This document shows, piece by piece, positions 33,001 to 40,542 of a stretch of 64,000 nt of DNA (positions are counted from its first letter, which is position 1; every line of letters starts with the position of its first letter). Source of the DNA: a virus; the IMG/VR virus record IMGVR_UViG_3300020045_001434, positions 26,929 to 90,928 of that record; one strand, 5' to 3'. Both the position numbers and the translations under genes were made by a program. A model generated the notes under the pieces. It made no database searches, was not told the DNA's origin, and saw only the letters and a program-made list of their open reading frames with translations.

Positions 33001-33934
33001 TATATAATCGATTATTCATTACATTGAATGATTCACTATTAGAATAAAATATAGATTTAATTAATGTTTCATCTAATGAGCCTACAGATAATATATTTGT
33101 ATTACTAAGTTTATAATTATTTATATTTGTAGATATATCTTTAGAAGTATATACTTTAAATGAAGTTCCATTATTATAAATTATGCCTATTCTAAAAAAT
33201 ATATAATTTAAATCTAGATTATCAAAAGTGTATAATATACCATTAGTAGTAATAGTATTTGGAGAAGAACCATCATTACCATCATAAGTCATTACACCAT
33301 CGTATATATAATTAGGTAATGAAAGTAAACTATAATTAGTATATTCATTACCTATTTTATAAGACACTGCTATTTGATAACTACCAGCTAAAAGACTACC
33401 TTTTATAATACTAGAACCTATTTTAGGAAATGATATAGTAGGATTTAAATCTATTTGATAATAGTCTACATTATTTAATGTATATATACTATTAATATAA
33501 ACATAATCTTTTATATTAATAATTTTATCATCCCATGAACCATCAACACCACAACCAAATATAATAATTAAATCTCCATTTTGATTATAACTAGTCGTAC
33601 CTCTAATAGGTTCATTAACTGAGAAAGTAATCTGAGGAATAATTATTGTATTTACTAATCTTTCAAAAGGTTCAGTTTTAAAATTAGTATCTATTACTTT
33701 TATACAAGGAGTTAGTACTTCGTTATATAGATTTTTACAGAATATAATAATACCTTTATCATAATTTATAACTCCTACAACAGTACTTAAGTCTATATCA
33801 CAAGATAACATTCCTGCTTCATTCATAGGAAATCTAAAAGTGTTATCTAAAACAACATTTTCAGCATATCTTAAATCTCCTGTTTGTGTAGCAGATGGAA
33901 CAGCATCTAAATTAAGTCCATTAGTTAGTTTCAT
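30023..33934 (-). CDS. Tail stabilization/muzzle protein (crAss-like)
   Basis: N-terminal GLNLD..P.....LRYAENV; 'GSLLAGSYQIAVSY'; C-terminal beta-propeller-like repeats and 'TLSY...NWYSFH'; synteny. Confidence 0.75.
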   Translation of the reverse strand: MKLTNGLNLDAVPSATQTGDLRYAENVVLDNTFRFPMNEAGMLSCDIDLSTVVGVINYDKGIIIFCKNLYNEVLTPCIKVIDTNFKTEPFERLVNTIIIPQITFSVNEPIRGTTSYNQNGDLIIIFGCGVDGSWDDKIINIKDYVYINSIYTLNNVDYYQIDLNPTISFPKIGSSIIKGSLLAGSYQIAVSYKIGNEYTNYSLLSLPNYIYDGVMTYDGNDGSSPNTITTNGILYTFDNLDLNYIFFRIGIIYNNGTSFKVYTSKDISTNINNYKLSNTNILSVGSLDETLIKSIFYSNSESFNVMNNRLYRANIKSNVINQFDTIAKNIANNLSLKLVTTNLNFTTPANTDYINSKDIYSKQFIKFQSNEVYALYFTIGDKKGNVIGSYPINTNNLSGGLTKVSSTVTAITCKVTSDNAYLNHIFTLNKIVSVDTTISYTETTYSIMSNNSVVITVRNLTAIVLANTSYVYKLISSPESGGTYSRGSAKVVVNSITPSTDGTATILDYAYLIPDENSAVADDTHINYTINDIEVELPSNIIALLGSMYNNIGFWCIHRAERNNSNSKIYTQGLATAGSLQKTIEAGVVDELSKYWFCNPYVYWDDQQYSEYSYFNHGLLKTDKYPVRFYSFEDLFNRNSNFPTNTKIEVISRYYASYLQGIYKGGSYSTTRGSSIWVSYNTTIDEKKYIANSNISEQQLLEDNNIAIHNFYQESARELKLEDNSTNFTVAKNGVVNTDNAKRIFRCNVYNPTTDYYSNIYEETLILCTSINRIVDTIIIVKGDTFYSDFYLRFKRLVPNTPNSIAKLPVFDTSKLFDEPYLDTIKTEYNIRFLVESKYNIHARYWKGTYPKYDNPIKTSEQEGYNKVYHLQNNENLVTPVDIVNDLERKKASNKYNSRIVKSIISNSESNQLGFRKYLALDYYDMPYNRGAIRNIESTYKNMYIQQELGLAIASVKDVINYQEGTTYVGSGELFDRQPVEVIPTKYGFIGCESHFNCGINDKGFWTIDNVQGIISLVTDNDVKLISEGKNKNWFKEHLKGNNPFIGDGCFITYDIDTKRLILSIGQDYTLSYVPEIENWYSFHFYKYYYGLYTRNRTYFLVLRNTVLRLFKYDKSVSGEYSDLKHTQNNIINQMILSFYYNEEPGINKLWESIYWNTKCLINNFDIYDKSFTKLFVHNDTQCTDEMSIFLNDNFYDTSGGVYKEEMWIFNKLDDYVVNNHKPFLDGFVNFLVGDLDNNISHNKEWFDISKIMSTFVCVTLFFDNLYYSKDGKQKSVIDLGDTTYKPRLMLQDLYIKYKPDNR

Positions 33935-33936
33935 AA

Positions 33937-34758
33937 TTATATAATACTATTACCGATTAATAATTTAAGAGCATCTTTAGCAGCAGGAGTCATAGCATTA
34001 CAACTATTTCTAGCAGATATTTTACTACGTTCATAACGCATTGCAGGATTAATAAATTCATTATTAGTTTGAAGAGATAATATAGGATGTTTATAACCTC
34101 TCATTAAAATATTTCTTAAACAATATTGAGATATAGATTCAATAAGATATTCATCATCAGGTATAATAGGAAATATACAATCTAATGTTTCTTCATATTC
34201 ATAAGGTAAACATCCTGCTAATAATTCACAAAATCCTTGGTCAATATTAGTTTGTAACCAACCATTACAAATTTTATATATATAATTTACATCAGGGTCT
34301 ATCCAAGTTCTAATATTTTCAGTAGTACCAGTCATTATTAAATCACCATTAGAATCTTTATATTCTACAATAGTATTTGGTATAGCTGCTTCAATAGTAG
34401 AACCTTCTTCAACAATATATCTATCTGCTATAAATTCTTCACCAAAATCTATAACTGAATGATTATATGCTCCTATATTAGATATTTTATCTTTATTAAT
34501 ATCGCTAAAATCTATAGTAGCTAATATACCATTAATCTTTACACCATATACTTTATCTACATAAGATGGTATAGCACATCTGCCATTATTAAAATCAATT
34601 AAAATATTTTCAAGTTTATATACTTGTTTAATACCTAATTCTCTAAGACAACTATATATCCATGTAGATACTTTAGTAACAAAATCATCAGATTGAATAT
34701 TATAATTACTATATATTCTTTCCACAATAATCTTAGAAGATACAAATTTGTTTATCAT
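33937..34758 (-). CDS. Tail tubular/ring protein
   Basis: FVSSKIIVERI...WI...L; FPIIPDDEY..E.I..Y; located directly upstream of the stabilization gene. Confidence 0.65.
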   Translation of the reverse strand: MINKFVSSKIIVERIYSNYNIQSDDFVTKVSTWIYSCLRELGIKQVYKLENILIDFNNGRCAIPSYVDKVYGVKINGILATIDFSDINKDKISNIGAYNHSVIDFGEEFIADRYIVEEGSTIEAAIPNTIVEYKDSNGDLIMTGTTENIRTWIDPDVNYIYKICNGWLQTNIDQGFCELLAGCLPYEYEETLDCIFPIIPDDEYLIESISQYCLRNILMRGYKHPILSLQTNNEFINPAMRYERSKISARNSCNAMTPAAKDALKLLIGNSII

Positions 34759-34762
34759 GATA

Positions 34763-35596
34763 TTATTTTTTAGGTTTTAATATATTTACATAAGGATACA
34801 TTGTTTTAGAATAATCTTCATGATATCTATATATGTGAATAATTTTATCAAATAGACCTGTTTTAGTATTATTTAGAAGTTCTGATATAGTATATATTTT
34901 AGTTAGTATTTTTCCGTAGATATTACCAAATGTACAAGGTACTAATCTATAAGGCGATTTATTGTGCAGTTTGGAGCTATGCTTTGACCACCTTAGCAAT
35001 ATAAAATCATCTCTATCTAAACCATTGTCTATAAGCCAAGCCTTGCCTAGAGGGTTGTTTCCGTCCTTTATTTGCTGTCCATTATCTATCAAATTCTGTT
35101 TAAACTTGATAGATTGCCCCCAATCAGGAATACTACTATCATAAGGAACTCTACCAATATAAACATTACCAAGTCTAGGATATTGAAAAGATTCTCCTTG
35201 TAATAAAAGTCTAGTTATTTCAAAATTAGTAGAATATAATACTACTTTAAAAATTACATAAGGTATCTTTTGATAGAATACATAACTATTTAATTTTATA
35301 GTAAGTTTATTTATAATATCTATTCTACTTAATAAATCATTATAATTACTAATAAACAATTGTTCATTAATATCTATGTTTATAAGTTCGATAGAAGTAC
35401 CTTTAATTTTTAAATTAATTATATCATAAAGATTAATATTATATTTAATTAAATAATTATAATCTTTATCTAATGTATAATAACTATTATATACTTGAGA
35501 TAATAGTATATGAATTTCTTTAGTAAGATTACTTATTTGATTACTACATAAACTTATAAATTCTTTATGATAATCATGAGTATTAAAATCTACCAT
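34763..35596 (-). CDS. IHF/HU-like conserved crAss protein
   Basis: LLQGESFQYPRLGNVYIGR..PDWGQS...W; synteny with the crAss tail module. Confidence 0.55.
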   Translation of the reverse strand: MVDFNTHDYHKEFISLCSNQISNLTKEIHILLSQVYNSYYTLDKDYNYLIKYNINLYDIINLKIKGTSIELINIDINEQLFISNYNDLLSRIDIINKLTIKLNSYVFYQKIPYVIFKVVLYSTNFEITRLLLQGESFQYPRLGNVYIGRVPYDSSIPDWGQSIKFKQNLIDNGQQIKDGNNPLGKAWLIDNGLDRDDFILLRWSKHSSKLHNKSPYRLVPCTFGNIYGKILTKIYTISELLNNTKTGLFDKIIHIYRYHEDYSKTMYPYVNILKPKK

Positions 35597-35599
35597 AAT

Positions 35600-37093
35600 T
35601 TATTCTTTTGTAACTTCTATATCTTTAGGTAATATACCAAATTCAACTTTTAATAATTCAGCTATAATAAAATTCAACATCTCATTAGGAAATGGAAGTT
35701 CTAAATCTTGATTATCACTAATACCATAATAACCAATAACTTCTTCGGGATTTTCCCATATTCCTTCAACTTCTATTTCATCAATAATTTCAGTAGAATA
35801 AATATTATCATAATTCATTATACGCTTAACTGTTATAGTATTATTATCATAAGTGTATAATCTAGAACACCTAGTAGGAGCGAGGGTATAGGACATTCGG
35901 AACATAACTTTAGAACAATAACTAAATAGTTTACTAGTATTAGCTATACTAACTTTAGTAAATGGGCTATCATTCTTAATATTCATTGGTGTAGGAATCT
36001 TTGTTGTACTAACAAAATCTACATAACGTTTATATAATGGATGTGTAACACTTGGTAATAAATTACTATTAACCTGCCTTTTATTTTTTAAAATATTACC
36101 TATATTATTAGTTGTAATATCTGAATATGTAGTAATTAAATAATTAATCAATTGATTAAATTCAGTATATGATGGAATACTCCATCCATCATTAATATCA
36201 ATTAACTTATTTGAATTATTTATAGCATACCAATTATATAATCTACCATATGCGTTAATCATTAATTCTTCTGTAGTTAGTTCATCTATAGGTATAAATG
36301 ATAAATCACTTTTGTTATAAACAGCACATGCTCCATCTACATCTATATTCCAATTTTCATTACTTAAATTTGTTGGTATTAATACACCATTTGTATAATG
36401 TGTTGTTTTTAAATTTGAAGTAGTCCAAACTTGAGAACCTATTTTTGTACCTGAATAAATATTTCCATCATAATCAGTATAAGCATTCGAAATAATAGTT
36501 CCATCATTTAATAAATCTTCATTAAAAGTAGTTTCTCGTACTAATCTAATAGAATATCCAAAATTCTTTACTGTAGGATAATTTATTAATATAGAAGTAT
36601 AATTATATAAAACAAATACAGTAGATGACGTGTCTATATTATCATTATTAGTATATAAATAAGAATAAAATCCTAAATTATTATATTCTCCCGAAGGATT
36701 TCTAGCCCCTGATGGTATAGCACTAAAATTAAATCTATCAACACCATATATAATAGGATTAATACTATCATTCCATCTAGGATGAGTATTTGTGTTAGAC
36801 GGTATTGTATTATATTTAGAATCATTAACTCCTTTTATCCATCGTCCATTTTCAATATGTCCCCATATATTATAAAGTTCATTTACAATAGCAGTTTCTT
36901 CAACTGGTGTTAATGTTATAAGTAATGGTATTTTATAATATCCTTGAATACCATTTTTATCTATACTTTGAATTATGTATTTAGCAAAGTAATCTTTAAT
37001 CATTTCTTTGATTCGTTCTTTCATAGAATGATTATCAGGTTGCCCAACAATGTGAGCAACCCGACTAGCATATTGATTTAATGTTTTAGACAT
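35600..37093 (-). CDS. Tail ring/adaptor protein with an inserted, circularly permuted FISUMP (Fib_succ_major) domain
   Basis: Ring-like termini (TLNQYASR...QSIDKNG; KIPTP...SPFT...IEVEGIWENP...LPFP) interrupted by FSAIPSGAR..GYSIRLVRE and then TDYDGNIY..IGSQVWTTSNL..YGRLYNWYA..GWSIPS. Confidence 0.75.
   Translation of the reverse strand: MSKTLNQYASRVAHIVGQPDNHSMKERIKEMIKDYFAKYIIQSIDKNGIQGYYKIPLLITLTPVEETAIVNELYNIWGHIENGRWIKGVNDSKYNTIPSNTNTHPRWNDSINPIIYGVDRFNFSAIPSGARNPSGEYNNLGFYSYLYTNNDNIDTSSTVFVLYNYTSILINYPTVKNFGYSIRLVRETTFNEDLLNDGTIISNAYTDYDGNIYSGTKIGSQVWTTSNLKTTHYTNGVLIPTNLSNENWNIDVDGACAVYNKSDLSFIPIDELTTEELMINAYGRLYNWYAINNSNKLIDINDGWSIPSYTEFNQLINYLITTYSDITTNNIGNILKNKRQVNSNLLPSVTHPLYKRYVDFVSTTKIPTPMNIKNDSPFTKVSIANTSKLFSYCSKVMFRMSYTLAPTRCSRLYTYDNNTITVKRIMNYDNIYSTEIIDEIEVEGIWENPEEVIGYYGISDNQDLELPFPNEMLNFIIAELLKVEFGILPKDIEVTKE
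35870..35899 (+). repeat. 30-bp dispersed motif, copy 4 (intragenic)
   Basis: CCTAGTAGGAGCGAGGGTATAGGACATTCG; 29/30 identical to copy 5. Confidence 0.9.
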
Positions 37094-37134
37094 AATCAGT
37101 ATAGTGTATAATTGAATAATAATTTTATAATTAC

Positions 37135-37142
37135 CAAAGATA
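37135..37142 (-). promoter_or_regulatory. Bacteroidota sigma-A-type -7 element (TAnnTTTG)
   Basis: TATCTTTG on the minus strand ~40 bp upstream of the 37093 start, with a TTG ~20 bp further upstream. Confidence 0.55.
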
Positions 37143-37191
37143 TATAAATATAATTAGTCTAGCAATAGTTATTATAATCTTTAACAATATA

Positions 37192-37812
37192 TTATTTACT
37201 TGTAATGTTCTTTATACTTTTAGATATAGATAATTGATGTTTCCAAATACAAGATTCATATTCTTTTTTAAAATTATATTCATAACAATATTCAAGACTA
37301 ATAAACCCGATAGGTCTTTCATCAGCATCTTTAATAAGAAATGAATAAGTTGAAAATACATTTCGTTTAATACAATCTTCTTTATATACTCCATCTAACA
37401 TTTTTAGAGTAGGTATATCAATATTATAACATCTACCATCAGTAAGTAATCTATGATATATATAAGTTATATAATTAATTATTTGAAATTGATATTTAGA
37501 TATATAACTAATACCAATGGAAGTATCATAATCTTCTGCTACTACAGTAAATTTATCAATGGATAATCCATTTTTATAATAATCTCCATTATGAAGATAA
37601 GCAATATAAACGCCATTAGCATTTAAATCATTTTTAATTTGACCACATATATGAGTTAATCTCATAAAGAGTTCACTTCTATCTATAGGTGAAAGTTGGG
37701 TATTATATTTTTTATTTTTTAGATAATACTCTTTGAACCATATAGCACAAAGAGTAAATATTTGACTCACAGTTATAATAATTAAATCTCTATATAATGC
37801 TCCATTTACCAT
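37192..37812 (-). CDS. Membrane-anchored GAF-like protein, putative holin or lysis regulator
   Basis: One N-terminal TM segment; LNANGVYIAYLHNG and FLIKDADERPIGFISLEY resemble GAF strands. Confidence 0.45.
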   Translation of the reverse strand: MVNGALYRDLIIITVSQIFTLCAIWFKEYYLKNKKYNTQLSPIDRSELFMRLTHICGQIKNDLNANGVYIAYLHNGDYYKNGLSIDKFTVVAEDYDTSIGISYISKYQFQIINYITYIYHRLLTDGRCYNIDIPTLKMLDGVYKEDCIKRNVFSTYSFLIKDADERPIGFISLEYCYEYNFKKEYESCIWKHQLSISKSIKNITSK

Positions 37813-37820
37813 AGCTTATA

Positions 37821-38114
37821 TTATTTTTTATATCCTATCTTCAAATAGTTTATTAAATATTTGATTATGTAATCATAAAACGCTACACTTAATAAGTATG
37901 TAGGAACTATCTGTTTTATTGTTAGTTCAGCGTAATAAAAAAATGATACACATAATATTATACTAATTGTCGAAGTTATTATTTTCTTTAAAACTTTACT
38001 AGATTTATAAACTAATTTATCAAGTATCTTTAATGTAAGATACGTTATAATAGTTATACTTATCATTAACGCTAAGTCAAAACTAGCAGTTAATTGTTGA
38101 AATATTTGTTCCAT
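37821..38114 (-). CDS. Putative holin
   Basis: 97 aa with 2-3 TM segments and a basic C-terminus. Confidence 0.55.
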   Translation of the reverse strand: MEQIFQQLTASFDLALMISITIITYLTLKILDKLVYKSSKVLKKIITSTISIILCVSFFYYAELTIKQIVPTYLLSVAFYDYIIKYLINYLKIGYKK

Positions 38115-38115
38115 A

Positions 38116-38472
38116 TTACCATTCTTTTAAGTTCCAATCTAATGTACTAGAACCTCCTCCAATTGGATTATAGGTTCTATCATTATTAAATTCATATATT
38201 TGATTATTAAAATAAAATAAAAATATATGTTTTGTATCAGGAGTATCTAATACACTTATGTCAGGTATTGATACATCTGCAACTGTACCTACTAATATTG
38301 GTACTTTAGAAATTAAATCATCGTCACAACAAATATGTCTTTCATTACCATTTTTATAAACATATACGTGTCCATTAAGTCTACTATAAATATAAGTTTT
38401 AGTATCATCAGGAGGATATGTAAAATCAGGTAGTGTACCTAAACGTATTCTTTTAATATCAATACATGACAT
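38116..38472 (-). CDS. Hypothetical tail-associated protein
   Basis: Closely packed ORF in the tail fibre cluster. Confidence 0.5.
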   Translation of the reverse strand: MSCIDIKRIRLGTLPDFTYPPDDTKTYIYSRLNGHVYVYKNGNERHICCDDDLISKVPILVGTVADVSIPDISVLDTPDTKHIFLFYFNNQIYEFNNDRTYNPIGGGSSTLDWNLKEW

Positions 38473-38478
38473 AATATA

Positions 38479-38895
38479 TTATTTTAAAAAGTGGTTTAGA
38501 ATTTGAGATTCAGCAGTATCAAATTCTACATTTTCAATTTTCTCTACATCTATGAGAAATAAATCAATTTCTATTTCTTCTAGCATATCTTTTTCATATT
38601 GTTCTTTTAGTTCAGTATGACGAAGTTGTTCTTCTGTAGATAACATTTTAATACCTTGATAAAAATTATTATCAGTATTTTCAATAAGTTTTAGAACTTT
38701 TTCTTCTAAATCTTTAAGTTCTTGTGAAACAGATTTATCTATAATTTTACTAGTAGAATCTAATAAATCAAAATTTCTAAATAACATAGTATTTAAAATA
38801 ATATTTTTAATTTTATTAGTTCCACAATAGTTTATTAGAATTATAACTTCTTGTAATAATTGTTTTACTTCTTTATTTGTTTTTGTAAGTTTCAT
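38479..38895 (-). CDS. Hypothetical helical protein (tail fibre cluster)
   Basis: Co-oriented ORF, acidic and helical. Confidence 0.55.
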   Translation of the reverse strand: MKLTKTNKEVKQLLQEVIILINYCGTNKIKNIILNTMLFRNFDLLDSTSKIIDKSVSQELKDLEEKVLKLIENTDNNFYQGIKMLSTEEQLRHTELKEQYEKDMLEEIEIDLFLIDVEKIENVEFDTAESQILNHFLK

Positions 38896-38910
38896 AAGTT
38901 TATTTATTTA

Positions 38911-39228
38911 TTATTCAACAATAGTAGCTGTTTTAAAATCTTCTTGAGTAAGTAAAAAGTTATATAAACCTTTAATACTACCATAAGAAGTAACAAATTT
39001 ATAAAAAGGTTCTTTTACTTCTCCAATAGGAGTTACATTATTAAAATAAAAGTTTTGTACTGGAACAATTGGATTAAGTCTTTGTAACTTAGTTTCATCA
39101 TTTAAATAAGTTTTTACTTGAATATTAGCAGTCTTATTATCTAAGTCTACATTATAACTACTTATTTCAATATAAGCGTTAGGTGTTACGATTCCATTAA
39201 GGAAATCTTTTGGTTGAGTTAAATGCAT
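38911..39228 (-). CDS. Tail fibre-associated small protein (chaperone-like)
   Basis: 'G...PNAYIEI...Y..L.T..DF..A' pattern often seen downstream of fibre genes. Confidence 0.45.
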   Translation of the reverse strand: MHLTQPKDFLNGIVTPNAYIEISSYNVDLDNKTANIQVKTYLNDETKLQRLNPIVPVQNFYFNNVTPIGEVKEPFYKFVTSYGSIKGLYNFLLTQEDFKTATIVE

Positions 39229-39258
39229 AATAATTGTTTTAGTTGTTTGTATTAATAA

Positions 39259-40542
39259 TTAATTAGTAAGTATTGTTACTCCTTGTGATTGCATACTAGC
39301 GACTGCTGCATTTGAAGCACTTGTTCTGGCTCCACAATTGCCAGTAAGAGAAATATATCCTGTATTATATCCTGAATTAATAGTTCCCCATGTTTTTGTA
39401 TTTAAATCTATTAAAAGACTATCTACCATTTCACTAGTCATAACATTAGGTTTTGGTGAAATTATTATTTGTATAATTTTACTTCCAACCCATGATTTAC
39501 CCGGAGTTGAATTATATGTATAATTACCATAAATACTTTGTAGATATAAAATAACTAATTCAGTAGATGCCGATGATATATTCCATGAAATAGAATTATA
39601 TCCAGTAATTCGAATATCTGAAATATTTATAGGAAGAGTTGGCATAGAACTTATTGTGTTTCTTCCATAAATTCCTAATATTTTAATTGTTGATGGTAAA
39701 GAAGGAATAGATGATATTGTATTATAACCATCTATAAGTAAACGTTCAAGTTGTGTGGAAGATATATTTGGAATAGAACTTATGGTATTATATCCTGCTA
39801 TAGTAATTTCTTTCATTCCCGATGGAATATTTGGAATAGATGATATCGTATTATACCCGCCGATTTCTAAATATTGGATACTAGAAGGAAATGATGGAAG
39901 TGATGATATTGTATTATAACCTCCTATAGAAAATAATTTAATTCCATTTCCATATGAAGATATATTATTAATTGTATTATAACCATCTAATTTATAATGT
40001 AATAGTGTTAATGGCAATACAGGTATATTACTTATAGTATTTAGACCATGTAATTCATAAAAAGTTATATAATCTGATAAAGCATCAGCACCTGTATTAT
40101 GTAATGTATTATTTCCAAGCATATTAAAATAATCTAAATAACTTAATAAACTAAGTCCAGTACAACAAGGGGCATTTAAAAAATTAGCATCATACGAATT
40201 TATCTTAGTTATTGATACGAAATTTATATAACAAGTTGTTGAACATTTAAAATATATAGTATTTATTCCATTATTAAGAGATTTACTTATAGACTGACCA
40301 GTAGTACCATTACTATCACTATAAAAATATCCACCAGTAATCTTAATATATTGTTGTCCATTAGAAGTAACTACTAATGTGGCAACTCCAGTAGCAGCAC
40401 CAGTAGGAACAAAACTGATAGTTTCAGTACCATAAGTTTCTTTACTCCAAAGTAATTCATTACCTAAGTAAATTTTATCTACTTGATTAGTACCAAGTTT
40501 ACAGTCATTAAGTATTGATGTAGCTAATTTTATATCCCCCAT
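39259..40542 (-). CDS. LRR-repeat tail-tip adhesin (putative receptor-binding protein)
   Basis: N-terminal KLGTNQVDKIYLGNELLW fibre-docking-like motif; ~9 repeats of ~21 aa (IxxLxIxGYNTISSIPxLPxx); C-cap 'SEMVDSLLIDL...ISLTGN'. Confidence 0.7.
   Translation of the reverse strand: MGDIKLATSILNDCKLGTNQVDKIYLGNELLWSKETYGTETISFVPTGAATGVATLVVTSNGQQYIKITGGYFYSDSNGTTGQSISKSLNNGINTIYFKCSTTCYINFVSITKINSYDANFLNAPCCTGLSLLSYLDYFNMLGNNTLHNTGADALSDYITFYELHGLNTISNIPVLPLTLLHYKLDGYNTINNISSYGNGIKLFSIGGYNTISSLPSFPSSIQYLEIGGYNTISSIPNIPSGMKEITIAGYNTISSIPNISSTQLERLLIDGYNTISSIPSLPSTIKILGIYGRNTISSMPTLPINISDIRITGYNSISWNISSASTELVILYLQSIYGNYTYNSTPGKSWVGSKIIQIIISPKPNVMTSEMVDSLLIDLNTKTWGTINSGYNTGYISLTGNCGARTSASNAAVASMQSQGVTILTN

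Noticed and set aside
36530-36720. Diversity-generating retroelement targeting the FISUMP domain
   Set aside because: No reverse transcriptase and no template repeat were seen in this window; it cannot be excluded for the rest of the genome.
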